Part shown: piece after piece, positions 49,161 through 60,160 of the stretch
Layout: each line of letters begins with the position of its first letter
How positions within the stretch are numbered: position 1 is the first letter of the stretch
Assembly (NCBI GenBank): GCA_964194715.1
Contig: CAXMNA010000126.1
Coordinates: 5,570 to 69,569, forward strand
DNA: 64,000 nucleotides
DNA from: an uncultured Gammaproteobacteria bacterium
GTDB lineage: Bacteria > Pseudomonadota > Gammaproteobacteria > GCA-001735895
Direction of reading: 5' to 3'
Made by a program: the position numbers and the translations under genes
Notes under the pieces: generated by a model
Seen by the model: only the letters and a program-made list of their open reading frames with translations
Told to the model about the DNA's origin: nothing
Databases searched by the model: none

Positions 49161-50708
49161 ATGAGCAAAGACAAATTAATCATTTTTGACACCACGCTAC
49201 GCGATGGTGAACAGAGTCCCGGCGCGTCAATGACGCGTGACGAAAAGATTCGCATCGCACGTGCGCTGGAATTGATGAAGGTCGACATTATCGAAGCCGG
49301 TTTTCCGATTGCCAGCGACGGCGACTTCGAATCGGTACAGGCGGTTGCCGAAATCATTAAGGACAGCACCGTTTGCGGTCTTGCACGTGCCAAACAAATC
49401 GATATCGAACGTGCCGGTGAAGCCATCAAACCCGCAAATTCGGGTCGGATCCATACTTTTCTGGCCACCTCTCCGATTCACATGGAACACAAGCTCCGCA
49501 TGTCGCCTGACCAGGTGGTTGAAGCAGCGGTAGCGGCGGTTCGCATGGCACGGCAGTATACCGATGATGTCGAGTTTTCGCCGGAAGACGCCGGCCGTTC
49601 GGACCCGGATTTTCTGTGTCGCGTAATCGAGGCGGTAATCGACGAAGGCGCGACCACAATCAATATTCCGGATACCGTGGGTTACAATGTCCCACATCAG
49701 TTCGGAGATTTGATTCACGACCTGATGGAACGCATCCCAAATTCGGATAAGGCAGTTTTTTCGGTGCATTGTCACAATGACCTGGGCCTCGCGGTTGGTA
49801 ATTCATTGGCGGCGGTGTTGCACGGTGCGCGCCAGGTTGAATGTACGATAAACGGTCTCGGTGAGCGTGCCGGTAATGCCTCATTGGAGGAAATCGTCAT
49901 GGCGGTGCGGACCAGGCAGGATGTATTCCCCTGTGAAACCGACCTCGATACCACCCAGATCATGAATTGCTCGAAACTGGTTTCGGGAATAACCGGCTTC
50001 ACCGTGCAACCGAATAAGGCAATTGTTGGTGCCAATGCATTCGCACATGAATCCGGCATCCATCAGGACGGCGTTTTGAAATCACGCGAAACATACGAAA
50101 TCATGCGTGCCCAGGACGTTGGCTGGAGCACTAACAAGTTAGTCCTCGGTAAACATTCCGGGCGCAATGCCTTTAAATCCCGCATGGCGGAGCTGAATAT
50201 CCAGTTCGCTTCCGAGGAAGAACTCAACGAGGTGTTCTCACGCTTTAAAACCCTGGCAGACAAAAAGCACGATATATTCGATGAAGATCTGTTGGCGCTA
50301 GTTAATGAAGCCGCTCTCGAAACCGAAAACGAAACAATCAAACTCGTCAGCCTCAAGGTTTGCTGCGAAACCGGCGAAATACCCAGTGCCACCATGACAC
50401 TGAATATCGATGGCACTGAGCAGCAGGCTGTAGCCAGCGGTGATGGGCCGGTAGATGCATGTTTCAAGGCGATCGAAAAACTAACCGAAACTGGCGTCAA
50501 TCTGCAGCTTTATTCGGTCAATGCCATCACCACTGGAACCGACTCGCAAGGTGAAGTCACTGTTAGGGTTGAAAAAGATGGACGGGTTATTAATGGTCAG
50601 GGGGCCGATACGGATATTGTCATCGCCTCGGCAAAGTCATATATCAATGCTTTGAATAAGGTGATTAACAGTTCAGGTCGTACCCACCCCCAGCTCGGAG
50701 ATGTGTAA
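49161..50708 (+). CDS. leuA: 2-isopropylmalate synthase
   Basis: [33 protein letters not shown] and a C-terminal LeuA regulatory domain. Confidence 0.95.
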   Translation: MSKDKLIIFDTTLRDGEQSPGASMTRDEKIRIARALELMKVDIIEAGFPIASDGDFESVQAVAEIIKDSTVCGLARAKQIDIERAGEAIKPANSGRIHTFLATSPIHMEHKLRMSPDQVVEAAVAAVRMARQYTDDVEFSPEDAGRSDPDFLCRVIEAVIDEGATTINIPDTVGYNVPHQFGDLIHDLMERIPNSDKAVFSVHCHNDLGLAVGNSLAAVLHGARQVECTINGLGERAGNASLEEIVMAVRTRQDVFPCETDLDTTQIMNCSKLVSGITGFTVQPNKAIVGANAFAHESGIHQDGVLKSRETYEIMRAQDVGWSTNKLVLGKHSGRNAFKSRMAELNIQFASEEELNEVFSRFKTLADKKHDIFDEDLLALVNEAALETENETIKLVSLKVCCETGEIPSATMTLNIDGTEQQAVASGDGPVDACFKAIEKLTETGVNLQLYSVNAITTGTDSQGEVTVRVEKDGRVINGQGADTDIVIASAKSYINALNKVINSSGRTHPQLGDV

Positions 50709-50714
50709 ACCCTG

Positions 50715-51479
50715 ATGTTGACCACCCGGCAACAAAACTGTCTGAAGGGAATCGGGATTCAAATATGGAGCGAACGTGCAGCCGTAAGCGGCAACAGTGC
50801 CATAACAGGTCCTGTTGCCGTGGCCTCTGGCGATCCCGTAGCGCTGACCGAAGATAATAATGTTGAGGAACTCCTGACAGAAGCTGTTTTGGATCAACCG
50901 GTCCTGAAGACCGAAATCCCGACCAGCTTCGATTCCTGGGATTCAGTCATCGAAGCCATTCATGAATGCAACGCATGTGAACTTGCGCAAGCCTGCACTC
51001 AGAAAGTACCCGGAGTCGGTGACCGGCAGGCAGACCTGTTAATTATCGGTGAAGGACCCGGACACGACGAAGACATCCGTGGTGAGCCTTTCGTTGGGCG
51101 CTCGGGGCAATTGCTAGACCGGATGCTGGCGGCAATCGGTATCTCTCGCGAGCAAGTCTACATTACCAATATAGTTAAATGCCGCCCACCCAACAATCGC
51201 GATCCAAAACAGAATGAAGCGCAACAATGTCGCGCCTACCTGGAGGCGCAAATAGAACAGATCGCACCCAAAGTGATTCTCTCGGTCGGTCGTGTATCTG
51301 CGCATAACCTGCTGGGAAGCAACCAACCGGTTGGCAAGCTGATCCAGCAAATGCACAAACTACCTGGAACCGAAATTCCACTCAAGGTGACCTACCATCC
51401 GGCCTACCTGTTGCGCAACCCTTCAGCCAAGGCCATCGTCTGGCAGGATTTGAAACTGCTATCCCAGATGCTGCGATGA
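50715..51479 (+). CDS. Uracil-DNA glycosylase, family 4, with N-terminal extension
   Basis: GEGPGHDEDIRGEPFVGRSGQLL and an Fe-S Cys pattern (CNACEL..C). The N-terminal LKGIGIQIW region is common in this subgroup. Confidence 0.85.
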   Translation: MLTTRQQNCLKGIGIQIWSERAAVSGNSAITGPVAVASGDPVALTEDNNVEELLTEAVLDQPVLKTEIPTSFDSWDSVIEAIHECNACELAQACTQKVPGVGDRQADLLIIGEGPGHDEDIRGEPFVGRSGQLLDRMLAAIGISREQVYITNIVKCRPPNNRDPKQNEAQQCRAYLEAQIEQIAPKVILSVGRVSAHNLLGSNQPVGKLIQQMHKLPGTEIPLKVTYHPAYLLRNPSAKAIVWQDLKLLSQMLR

Positions 51480-51955
51480 ATGATTTCGCTTTGTGTTTTC
51501 GGCGCATGACGCTCGCCGACGTAAGGCGGGTTATGAAGGTCGAGCGTGAGGTATACAAATTTCCATGGACTGATAAAATTTTCAACGATTGCATTCGCGT
51601 TGGGTACCATTGCTGGTTGGCATTGCAGCAGCAAACCATCGTTGGCCACGCGGTCATCAGCGTTACCGCGGGCGAAAGCCATATGCTCAACCTGTCGATC
51701 GGCCTCGAATATCAGCGCAAGGGTTTTGGGAAACAGTTTATCGAGTTCCTTGTCGAAGAGGCTCGCACAAGGCATGCGCAGACCATGTTACTGGAAGTGC
51801 GCCCCAGCAATATTGCCGCGATAAGTTGCTATAATTCGGCGGGCTTTAACGAAGTTGGATGCCGTAAAGATTACTACCCGGCACCCGATGGCCGCGAGGA
51901 TGCGTTGTTGTTCGCAAGGCATATTCCATCACCAACCGGTGTGCAGCACGGCTAG
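51476..51955 (+). CDS. rimI: Ribosomal-protein-alanine N-acetyltransferase
   Basis: GNAT fold with the QRKGFGKQ acetyl-CoA loop and LEVRPSN. The start overlaps the upstream stop. Confidence 0.85.
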   Translation: MNDFALCFRRMTLADVRRVMKVEREVYKFPWTDKIFNDCIRVGYHCWLALQQQTIVGHAVISVTAGESHMLNLSIGLEYQRKGFGKQFIEFLVEEARTRHAQTMLLEVRPSNIAAISCYNSAGFNEVGCRKDYYPAPDGREDALLFARHIPSPTGVQHG

Positions 51956-51985
51956 CCTTCCTTACTAATAATTTGGTATTTATAA

Positions 51986-53581
51986 ATGTCAGACATTGAC
52001 GAAATACGTCGACGCCGCACCTTTGCAATTATTTCGCACCCGGACGCTGGTAAAACTACGGTTACTGAAAAATTGCTGTTGTTTGGAAAGGCGATACAGA
52101 TGGCGGGGACCGTAAAGAGTCGCAAGGCGGCAAGGCATGCCACCTCTGACTGGATGGAGCTTGAAAAGCAACGCGGTATTTCGGTAACCTCATCGGTAAT
52201 GCAGTTTCCTTATCACGATTGCATTATCAATCTGCTGGATACACCGGGGCACGAGGATTTTTCCGAAGACACGTATCGAACCTTGACAGCAGTCGACTCT
52301 GCCTTGATGGTCATTGACTGCGCTAAGGGTGTCGAGGCGCGTACCATAAAATTAATGGACGTCTGCCGGCTGCGCGATACCCCGATTATCACGTTCATTA
52401 ACAAGCTCGATCGAGAGGGCCGCGATCCGATCGAATTGCTCGATGAGGTTGAGGATATACTCAAGATTCGATGCGCTCCGATCACCTGGCCCATCGGCAT
52501 GGGGAAAAACCTGAAAGGCGTATTTCATCTGCTCAACGATTCAGTGCACCTGTTTTCGGCGAGTGATTCAGACAAGATATCCTCGGGTGAAGTAATCGAG
52601 GGCCTCGACAACTCGAGACTTGACGGGGTATTAGGAGCGATGGCAGATGAGTTTCGTGACGAAATTGAACTGGTGCGTGGTGCTGCCAGCGAATTCGATC
52701 TCGATAGTTACCTTAAAGGGGAATTAACCCCGGTTTATTTTGGTTCTGCGATCAACAATTTTGGCATGGCCGAATTGCTCGATGCTTTCAACGAGTGCGC
52801 ACCTGCCCCCATGGGGCGCGCTACCAGGAGTCGAATCGTCACTGCCGAAGAAGATAAACTCACCGGTTTTATCTTCAAAATTCAGGCTAATATGGACAAG
52901 CAACACCGCGATCGAATTGCCTTCATGCGCATCTGCTCCGGAAAATATACTCGAGGCATGAAACTGCGACATGTACGTATCGGCAAGGATGTGAAAATTC
53001 CAGACGCCTTGACCTTTTTTGCTGCGGACCGGGGCCATGTCGAAGAAGCATATTCCGGAGATATCATCGGTATTCACAACCATGGCACCATTCGGATCGG
53101 CGACAGCTTTACCCAAGGCGAGAAACTTGCGTTCACCGGCATTCCCAATTTTGCTCCAGAATTATTCAGGCGCGCCCAACTCAAGGATCCACTCAAAATG
53201 AAGGCTCTGTTGAAGGGCTTGACCCAGTTGTGTGAGGAAGGTGCGACCCAGCTATTCAGACCAATCGCAAATAACGATCTGATCCTCGGTGCGGTCGGGG
53301 TGCTTCAATTCGATGTCGTTGCCCACCGTCTCAAGGATGAATACGGTGTTGACTGCCAGTTTGAGCCAGTCAATGTGAATACCGCACGTTGGGTTTCTTG
53401 TAGCAACGACAAAAAGCTCGAAGAATTTAAACACAAGATGCGTAACAACCTCGCGCTGGACCATGCTGGCGATCTAGCTTATGTAGCTCCCTCTCGGGTT
53501 AACCTGACAATGACGCAAGAACGTTGGCCTGAAATCGAGTTTCTGGCGACACGTGAGCACGGTGACTATGAAGCAAACTAG
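51986..53581 (+). CDS. prfC: Peptide chain release factor 3
   Basis: GTPase motifs [20 protein letters not shown] and NKLDR, with RF3-specific length. Confidence 0.95.
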   Translation: MSDIDEIRRRRTFAIISHPDAGKTTVTEKLLLFGKAIQMAGTVKSRKAARHATSDWMELEKQRGISVTSSVMQFPYHDCIINLLDTPGHEDFSEDTYRTLTAVDSALMVIDCAKGVEARTIKLMDVCRLRDTPIITFINKLDREGRDPIELLDEVEDILKIRCAPITWPIGMGKNLKGVFHLLNDSVHLFSASDSDKISSGEVIEGLDNSRLDGVLGAMADEFRDEIELVRGAASEFDLDSYLKGELTPVYFGSAINNFGMAELLDAFNECAPAPMGRATRSRIVTAEEDKLTGFIFKIQANMDKQHRDRIAFMRICSGKYTRGMKLRHVRIGKDVKIPDALTFFAADRGHVEEAYSGDIIGIHNHGTIRIGDSFTQGEKLAFTGIPNFAPELFRRAQLKDPLKMKALLKGLTQLCEEGATQLFRPIANNDLILGAVGVLQFDVVAHRLKDEYGVDCQFEPVNVNTARWVSCSNDKKLEEFKHKMRNNLALDHAGDLAYVAPSRVNLTMTQERWPEIEFLATREHGDYEAN

Positions 53582-54530
53582 ACCGTTTCTATTTGCTAGC
53601 AGTATCGTTCTTCTTACTTTCAGTCATTTCGCTATCTCGGGCTCGGGCCTCGCAACACGTGACCTCAATCCAATATTGCAACCCATTTATTTACCGAGTC
53701 AGGCTCCCATTAGCGAAGAGAATGGCTGGCGAATCGACCACAGTTTTTATATTACGAATACGCTCCAGGAACAGAGTAAAAGTGGTGAAATCCTGGTTAT
53801 TGACGTGGAAAACTATCGCTACGAGCTTGGTCTCAGTTACCGCAAGGATCAATGGTTAGCCCAGGCGGCCATTCCTTTCGTTGCAAACAATGGTGGCGAA
53901 CTCGACGGATTAATCGACGGTTGGCATGATTTTTTTGGGCTCCCCGACGGAGACCGCGATGACTTTCCCAAGGATGAATTAAATATCAAATATTCGCGCG
54001 ATGGCATCGTCGAATATTCGCAGGACGAGTCCAGTAGCGGCCTCGGTGATCTTTCAATCGCGCTGGGGTACGAGCTGCCCAGTGAAACCCGCTTTTTCAT
54101 CGGTATCGAGCTACCCACGGGCTCAGAATCCGATTTCAGTGGTAACGAAGCAATCGATTTCGCGATCTGGGTTTCCCGAGTAAAACGTATCGATGAAGAA
54201 GTTTCGCTGTACGGTTTGCTTGGCTTAAGTTTTCCCGGTGACGACGGAAACCTGGAAGGACTGACCGTCGATCAAATCTGGGTCGCCCAGTTAGGTCTCG
54301 ATTACCGATTCAACGACAAGCTGATCGGAACGGTACAGTTTGATTTTCATTCCGAAACTATCGAAGACAGCGACTTAAAGGCATTCGGCAACTCGCTCCA
54401 GATTCAGCTCGGGCTTGGCTTCCTCGGCCTTATCGAAAATCATCGGCTCGATCTTTTTTTCTCCGAAGATATCCAGGTGAGCTCCGCGCCTGACATCAGT
54501 TTTGGCGCTCGCCTGATCAGGGAGTTCTGA
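53568..54530 (+). CDS. Predicted outer-membrane beta-barrel protein (DUF3187-like)
   Basis: Signal peptide, alternating beta pattern and a C-terminal aromatic residue. The family assignment is from memory only. ATG 53568 overlaps prfC by 14 nt. Confidence 0.55.
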   Translation: MKQTRPFLFASSIVLLTFSHFAISGSGLATRDLNPILQPIYLPSQAPISEENGWRIDHSFYITNTLQEQSKSGEILVIDVENYRYELGLSYRKDQWLAQAAIPFVANNGGELDGLIDGWHDFFGLPDGDRDDFPKDELNIKYSRDGIVEYSQDESSSGLGDLSIALGYELPSETRFFIGIELPTGSESDFSGNEAIDFAIWVSRVKRIDEEVSLYGLLGLSFPGDDGNLEGLTVDQIWVAQLGLDYRFNDKLIGTVQFDFHSETIEDSDLKAFGNSLQIQLGLGFLGLIENHRLDLFFSEDIQVSSAPDISFGARLIREF

Positions 54531-54537
54531 TCCCGGC

Positions 54538-55758
54538 TTAATCCTCAAGTTGAGTTACAATTTCCGGTTCGCTTTCCAGGGTTCGATGCACCGGACATTT
54601 ATCTGCAATTTCGAGCAATCGTTGGCGTTGCTCTTCGTTTAGATCGCCTACCAGTGAAATACGCCGTGTGATACGTTCGATCTTGGCATTGCAATCGATG
54701 CAGTCTTCGGCGTGTACGCGTTCATGCACTAGTCGAATCGACAGGTCTTCAAGCGGTAAATTTTTCCGGTTTGCGTACATTCGCAATGTCATCGACGTAC
54801 AGGCACCCAGCGACATCAACAACAGGTCGTAAGGTGTAGGGCCTAAGTCGGAGCCACCGTATTTCACCGGTTCATCGGCCCGCAGGAAGTGACTGGTACT
54901 GTACATGCCTCGCAGAAATTTTTGGTTTAACTCGGTTATCAATATCTCACCTTCAATAAGATCGGGATTCTCCTGGGATTCGCTGTCCTGCCCAAGTTCC
55001 AGGTAACGGCCGGCCCAGGATGCGATTGTTACCGCGACGTATTCCGCATCAGCTGCCTTGCTAAGTAAATGATCGGCCTTGTCGAGCGAGATAAAGCTCT
55101 TTGGATGTTTTGCTGCCTGGTAAATCCTGGCTGCTTCATCGATTGATACTATCGTGTCGACGGGTGAGTGAAATACCAGTAGCGCGGCATCGAGATCCCG
55201 GATTTTCTCGGTCGACGAATATTGATCAATATCATCAAGAAACTGTTTTTTAATCGAAAACTCGCGTGTCCCCAGTGCAACAACCGCTTCGCCCTGCTTC
55301 TCGATCAGGTCAGCCTTTTCCTGAAACAGGTGCGCAACATGCTGAGCAGTCGCGGGCGCACCAATTGTGACGACTGCTTTTATCGAATCCAGTTTTGCCG
55401 CAGCGCCTAAAACAGCCGCACCACCAAGGCTATGACCTATCAGAATTTGTGGGGCCCGATACTGCTCCTCAAGCGCGTTTGCGGCCAGAATTAAATCATC
55501 AATATTCGACGAGAAGTTGGTATTGGCAAAATCACCATCGCTGCTACCCAATCCGGTGAAATCAAAACGCAGAACCGCGATACCCTTCGCTGCCAGCGCA
55601 CGGCTGATTCTTGATGCGGCAGCAATATCCTTACCGCAGGTAAAACAGTGCGCAAATAATGCGTAGCTGGAAATTTCGTCTACACGCTCGGGCAGTTCAA
55701 GCAGTCCTGCCAGTTTTTCACCATTCGAGTTTTCAAATTCCAGTTTGATTTTATTCAT
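54538..55758 (-). CDS. Alpha/beta hydrolase fused to OsmC-family peroxiredoxin-like domain
   Basis: The N-terminal half has the GHSLGG nucleophile elbow. The C-terminal half has an OsmC pattern (LGACTSMTL, CPVHRTL). Confidence 0.8.
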   Translation of the reverse strand: MNKIKLEFENSNGEKLAGLLELPERVDEISSYALFAHCFTCGKDIAAASRISRALAAKGIAVLRFDFTGLGSSDGDFANTNFSSNIDDLILAANALEEQYRAPQILIGHSLGGAAVLGAAAKLDSIKAVVTIGAPATAQHVAHLFQEKADLIEKQGEAVVALGTREFSIKKQFLDDIDQYSSTEKIRDLDAALLVFHSPVDTIVSIDEAARIYQAAKHPKSFISLDKADHLLSKAADAEYVAVTIASWAGRYLELGQDSESQENPDLIEGEILITELNQKFLRGMYSTSHFLRADEPVKYGGSDLGPTPYDLLLMSLGACTSMTLRMYANRKNLPLEDLSIRLVHERVHAEDCIDCNAKIERITRRISLVGDLNEEQRQRLLEIADKCPVHRTLESEPEIVTQLED

Positions 55759-55951
55759 TAGATGCTCTCCCAGAGGTTTTCATTGTGTGACTAGGGGTAA
55801 TTCGTCAGGGTCCCGTCGGAAAAGCAGTTTAATCGATTTTTCCGCTGGATTTTGTTTCTTTGGGTAAAGGTCGAGGTTTACCCTGCAGACAATCTAGGTT
55901 CGATCATCGATCCTGCGCGGCCAACGTTTTATCCTCTCGCCGAACGTGGAT

Positions 55952-56299
55952 TTAGCGATTAAAACGCCAGATGCCGGGGATTGGTTTTTTACCGTGGCAC
56001 TGTTCTGCCTTGACGATGTACATCCAGGCATCGCCAAAACCGGTGTTAATTTCGATTCGCTGGTAGAAGCGGGGGTACCATTCGAGGTCGTCCAGCGTTC
56101 TAAACTGGCAATCGGTGACGTGATAAACCTCACCCTCGATCGCATGATTACCGTGCAGGCACACGGCGGGATAGTTCTCAAACTCGTACATAGAGTAAAT
56201 GTTTTGCGTGGTGAAATTGCCGACAAATTCGGCCCAGTGCAGGAAATGGTCGTTTCGATGGCCTCTCTTCAGGGTACCGTAGACGAATACTCGATTCAT
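55952..56299 (-). CDS. Gamma-glutamylcyclotransferase-like (AIG2/GGACT family) protein
   Basis: VFVYGTLKRG N-terminus and the IEGEVY catalytic Glu region. ATGA overlap with hslR. Confidence 0.8.
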   Translation of the reverse strand: MNRVFVYGTLKRGHRNDHFLHWAEFVGNFTTQNIYSMYEFENYPAVCLHGNHAIEGEVYHVTDCQFRTLDDLEWYPRFYQRIEINTGFGDAWMYIVKAEQCHGKKPIPGIWRFNR

Positions 56300-56682
56300 A
56301 GCTTGGCGTTAAACTGGCGTATTTTACGGCGTTGTTTTTTGTCAGGACGGGAATTGGAATGGGGTCGCTGCATCATAGCCAGCTTCCGTTTCTCGGCTTC
56401 GCCGACACGCTTTTCGATACTGGCTTCAGTTTCTCGATACAGGGTTTGTGCGAAGGAGGCCGACCCACGGCGATCACTGATATCGGTAACAATTACCTGG
56501 TAGCGTTGATAGCCGCATTGGATTTCAAAACAATCGTTGATTTTAACCTTGCGCGAGGGTTTTATCCGATGCCCTGCCAAATGCACCTTGCCCCCGGTGA
56601 CGGCCTCGCTGGCAAGTACCCTGGTTTTAAAAAAGCGCGCTGCCCATAACCACTTATCCAGGCGGACTGTATCTCTCATCAT
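56296..56682 (-). CDS. hslR: Heat shock protein 15 (ribosome-associated, S4-like RNA-binding)
   Basis: VRLDKWLWAARFFKTR S4 motif and a basic C-terminal tail. Confidence 0.88.
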   Translation of the reverse strand: MMRDTVRLDKWLWAARFFKTRVLASEAVTGGKVHLAGHRIKPSRKVKINDCFEIQCGYQRYQVIVTDISDRRGSASFAQTLYRETEASIEKRVGEAEKRKLAMMQRPHSNSRPDKKQRRKIRQFNAKL

Positions 56683-56706
56683 TTCCCTGGTTATCCAGTA
56701 TGCTTG

Positions 56707-57711
56707 TCAGCCATAGTTCTTATGGATATATTTCATAACCCTGTCGGCCATCGAAAAGCCACTTAACACGGCTCCCTCGATACGTGGCGCAGTGCACCAG
56801 TCTCCGCAGGCTCCAATTGCTTGCGACTCTTCAAACAACGAATCTTCATCAATCGGATTTATCGGTAACGCGTGTTTCCAGCAATGTACCGAGACAGATA
56901 CCGGGTTGTGCATACTGAGGTCAGTTGCCTCCCAAAAAGCATCGATTAGCGCATGCATCACACGTCCTCGAAAAGTGGCCGCATATTGTTGTGACCATTC
57001 AGGAGAGGCGTGTAAAACCCAGCAATCAGCATCGCTGGCAGTGTCCGCAACTCGATACCGCGAAATCCAGGATAACGGAGAGTCTAAAACGAAGGCCGCA
57101 TCGTAGGGAATATTAAGCTTTTTATCAAAAGCAAGCATGCCACTCCAACATACCGTCATATCGACATTTTCAGCAGGTTTACTAATTGTTGGAATCGGTC
57201 GACACAAGTCAGCTACCTGATGCGCCGCAGTAGCGATGATTACAATATCGTAGGCCCCCTGGTAATCTCCGCGCTCGTTAAAAAGCCGCCAGCCACCTTG
57301 ATTCACTGATTCCAGTTCAGATATATTGGCCGAAGTCGTCAGGTCGCAATGTCGCGCCAAGTTTTCTGCAACCGTCTGCATGCGCGGCACGCCGACAAAT
57401 CGTTGGGTCGTCATGTCACTATTAATGATCTGGCCTTTTTGCAATTCGACGATCCAACCTTCCCAGGGACGCACGATGCCGTCGGTCTGCCAGGCTGAAA
57501 CGATATTCCAGAACAGGGGATTATTCACCGTGAAATACTGTGCGCCATGATTGAACTCGTATTCCCCTGCACGGAAATGACCTATCCTGCCACCGGGAAA
57601 GATATTTTTTTCGAATATTTTTACGTTTTCGACCAGACCTTTGAGAGCTGTTGCACAGGTAAGTCCGGCCAGACCGGCGCCAATGATGGCGACTGATGGC
57701 TTCTGGCCCAC
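56707..57711 (-). CDS. NAD(P)/FAD-dependent oxidoreductase, renalase/amine-oxidase-like
   Basis: Dinucleotide fold VAIIGAGLAGLTCA and a C-terminal GDWC flavin motif. GTG 57711 avoids the 71-nt overlap with the PilZ gene that the ORF-track ATG 57789 implies. Confidence 0.75.
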   Translation of the reverse strand: MGQKPSVAIIGAGLAGLTCATALKGLVENVKIFEKNIFPGGRIGHFRAGEYEFNHGAQYFTVNNPLFWNIVSAWQTDGIVRPWEGWIVELQKGQIINSDMTTQRFVGVPRMQTVAENLARHCDLTTSANISELESVNQGGWRLFNERGDYQGAYDIVIIATAAHQVADLCRPIPTISKPAENVDMTVCWSGMLAFDKKLNIPYDAAFVLDSPLSWISRYRVADTASDADCWVLHASPEWSQQYAATFRGRVMHALIDAFWEATDLSMHNPVSVSVHCWKHALPINPIDEDSLFEESQAIGACGDWCTAPRIEGAVLSGFSMADRVMKYIHKNYG

Positions 57712-57718
57712 GGGCTTG

Positions 57719-58159
57719 TTAAATTGGCGGGAAGTCGCCGGCGTACTTGGAAATCCACTCTGTGGCTGCTTCCTGGGCGTTGAGTTCACGACCTTCTACC
57801 CTCGCGATTTCCTTGCGATAGTGTTCAATATGACAGATTTGTTCAATCATGCGCAATCGATAGACATCCTTGGATTTTTCGAATTCGATACCTATTTCAT
57901 AAGCACCGCCTGACTTTTCACACCAGACAACATTGCCTACCAGAAAGTTTTCCTGGTTCAAGACCGGGATACAGACCCTGACCCGCTCTAACAATTCGAG
58001 CGGTTTATGAGATACAAACGCGAGACCGCCCAGGCTAACATTGGTTATGGTTTGGTCTACGGTCTCGTCGTTTTCATCTTCTGCCCAGTCAAGCGTAACC
58101 TGTATCGGTACGCCGGCGGGGTGACGGATAAACTTTCGAACTGTCGTGTTATCTGGCAA
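57719..58159 (-). CDS. PilZ-domain c-di-GMP receptor protein
   Basis: Both binding motifs are intact: RKFIR (RxxxR) and NVSLGG (D/N-x-S-x-x-G). The only available start is TTG 58159, 11 nt inside the end of htpG. A TGA lies two codons upstream in this frame. Confidence 0.8.
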   Translation of the reverse strand: MPDNTTVRKFIRHPAGVPIQVTLDWAEDENDETVDQTITNVSLGGLAFVSHKPLELLERVRVCIPVLNQENFLVGNVVWCEKSGGAYEIGIEFEKSKDVYRLRMIEQICHIEHYRKEIARVEGRELNAQEAATEWISKYAGDFPPI

Positions 58160-60047
58160 TGGTCACCAACATTTTATTTAATTTTGCGACAAAGCTGGCG
58201 GGATCATCCAATTGACCACCTTCAGCCAGCAAAGCCTGATCAAATAATATACTAGACCAGTCTGCAAACTTCTTCTTCGATTTTTCCGCACCGAGCTTCT
58301 TGACAATCGGGTGATCCGTATTGATTTCTAGAATGGGCATGGAATTCGGCAATTCGTGCCCTGCTTCCTTGAGAATTCGCTGCATATGCATCGCCATATC
58401 CTGCTCGTTAAGAACGATACAGGCCGGCGATTCGGTTAGCCGGTTGGTGACACGAACATCAGCGGCTTTATCCTTAAGCGCGTCCTTCAAACGTTGCAGC
58501 AGTTTCTCAGCCGATTTTGCCTTCTTTTCGAGCTCTTTATCTGACGCTTCATCGTCGCCCAGATCGAGTTCGCCTTTCGCGACCGATTGTAGTTTCTTGC
58601 CTTCATATTCCATCAAGTGCGCAGTCAGCCATTCATCAACCCGATCCGAAAGCAATAAAACCTCGATTTCCTTCTTGCGAAAAATTTCCAGATGAGGGCT
58701 GTTCTTTGCAGCCGAGTGTGAATCAGCTGCGATATAGTAGATCTTGTCCTGGCCTTCCTGCATACGACCGATATAGTCGTCCAGCGAAACATTTTGCGCT
58801 TCATCGCCGGTATGAGTCGTTGCGAAGCGCAGCAGCTTTGCAACCTCTTCACGATTGGCAAAATCTTCAGCCGGGCCTTCTTTCAATGCCTTACCAAACT
58901 CCTGCCAGAATTTTTGATACTTATCAGGATCGTTTTTGGCAATTTTTGCAAGCATGCTCAATACTTTCTTGACCGAGCCGCTGCGAATACTGTCAATAAT
59001 CTTGCTGCCCTGCAGAATTTCCCGTGACACGTTAAGCGGTAAATCGTTTGAGTCGATTACCCCACGCACAAAACGCAGGTAACGGGGCATTAGCTTTTCG
59101 GCATCTTCCATGATGAACACGCGCTGCACGTAAAGCTTGATACCAGAGTGAGATTCGCGATCGTAGAGATCATATGGAGCGCGTGCTGGAATATAAAGTA
59201 ACGACGTGTATTCATTGGTACCTTCAACACGATTGTGGCTCCAGTCAATTGGATCTTCGAAATCGTGCGCAACGTGCTTGTAGAACTCCTTGTACTCTTC
59301 GTCCTTGATTTCAGATCTGGTGCGGGTCCATAAAGCTGAGGCCTGGTTTACCATCTCCTCTTCAACCAGGGTTTCCCCGTCTTCCTCTTCAGGCTCGACT
59401 GTTTTATCCATGACCACAGGGAAATCGATATGATCCGAGTAGGCGGTAATAATCGAACGTAATTTCCAGTCGTTTAATAATTCGTCTTCACCTTCGCGCA
59501 GCTTGAGAGTTATCTCGGTACCACGACTGGATTTCTCGAATGATGCGATGCTGTATTCGCCCTTGCCCTGCGATACCCACTCAACGCCCTGGTCAACAGC
59601 CTCGCCAGCTTTACGCGTGTGCAGGGTAACTTCTTCGGCGACGATAAATGAAGAGTAGAATCCAACGCCGAACTGGCCAATAAGCTTGGCGTCATTTTTC
59701 TCATCGCCAGTAATCGAATCGAGAAATGCTTGTGTTCCTGATTTCGCGATAGTACCAATATGATCGATGACTTCTTCACGCGTCATACCGATGCCGTTAT
59801 CACTGATCGTTATCGTGCGGTTGTCCTTGTCATAACTGATCTTGATTTTGAGCTCGATGTCTTCTTCGTAAAGACTGGCATCCGAGATCGCGGTGAAACG
59901 CAATCGATCACAGGCGTCGGAGGCATTGGATATTAATTCGCGCAGGAAAATTTCCTTGTTCGAATACAGCGAGTGAACCATTAGGTCCAGTAACTGATTA
60001 ACTTCGGTCTCAAAGCCCCGGGTTTCGGTATTGGCGGCTGTTGTCAT
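58149..60047 (-). CDS. htpG: Molecular chaperone HtpG (Hsp90)
   Basis: [18 protein letters not shown] and a full-length 632-aa Hsp90 pattern. GGAGA lies 9 nt before the ATG. Confidence 0.96.
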   Translation of the reverse strand: MTTAANTETRGFETEVNQLLDLMVHSLYSNKEIFLRELISNASDACDRLRFTAISDASLYEEDIELKIKISYDKDNRTITISDNGIGMTREEVIDHIGTIAKSGTQAFLDSITGDEKNDAKLIGQFGVGFYSSFIVAEEVTLHTRKAGEAVDQGVEWVSQGKGEYSIASFEKSSRGTEITLKLREGEDELLNDWKLRSIITAYSDHIDFPVVMDKTVEPEEEDGETLVEEEMVNQASALWTRTRSEIKDEEYKEFYKHVAHDFEDPIDWSHNRVEGTNEYTSLLYIPARAPYDLYDRESHSGIKLYVQRVFIMEDAEKLMPRYLRFVRGVIDSNDLPLNVSREILQGSKIIDSIRSGSVKKVLSMLAKIAKNDPDKYQKFWQEFGKALKEGPAEDFANREEVAKLLRFATTHTGDEAQNVSLDDYIGRMQEGQDKIYYIAADSHSAAKNSPHLEIFRKKEIEVLLLSDRVDEWLTAHLMEYEGKKLQSVAKGELDLGDDEASDKELEKKAKSAEKLLQRLKDALKDKAADVRVTNRLTESPACIVLNEQDMAMHMQRILKEAGHELPNSMPILEINTDHPIVKKLGAEKSKKKFADWSSILFDQALLAEGGQLDDPASFVAKLNKMLVTIAR

Positions 60048-60088
60048 TTCTCATTATCTCCGGCAGGAAAGTGATTGTTAACGCAGAT

Positions 60089-60117
60089 ATATGCGGTTAT
60101 TGGCGTAAATTTTCAAG
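60089..60117 (-). promoter_or_regulatory. Sigma-32 (heat-shock) type promoter of htpG
   Basis: The minus strand reads CTTGAAA-N14-CCGCATAT against the consensus CTTGAAA-N13-15-CCCCATNT. The -10 element ends 41 nt before the htpG ATG. Confidence 0.75.
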
Positions 60118-60160
60118 CATACTAGCAGGTAAATTAACGGGGTAAATTAAAGTACTCTGC

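Noticed and set aside
55946-56503. A 185-aa plus-strand ORF spanning the GGCT-like and hslR genes.
   Set aside because: It is opposite two genes with clear family motifs and an ATGA junction. Its translation has no recognisable motif.
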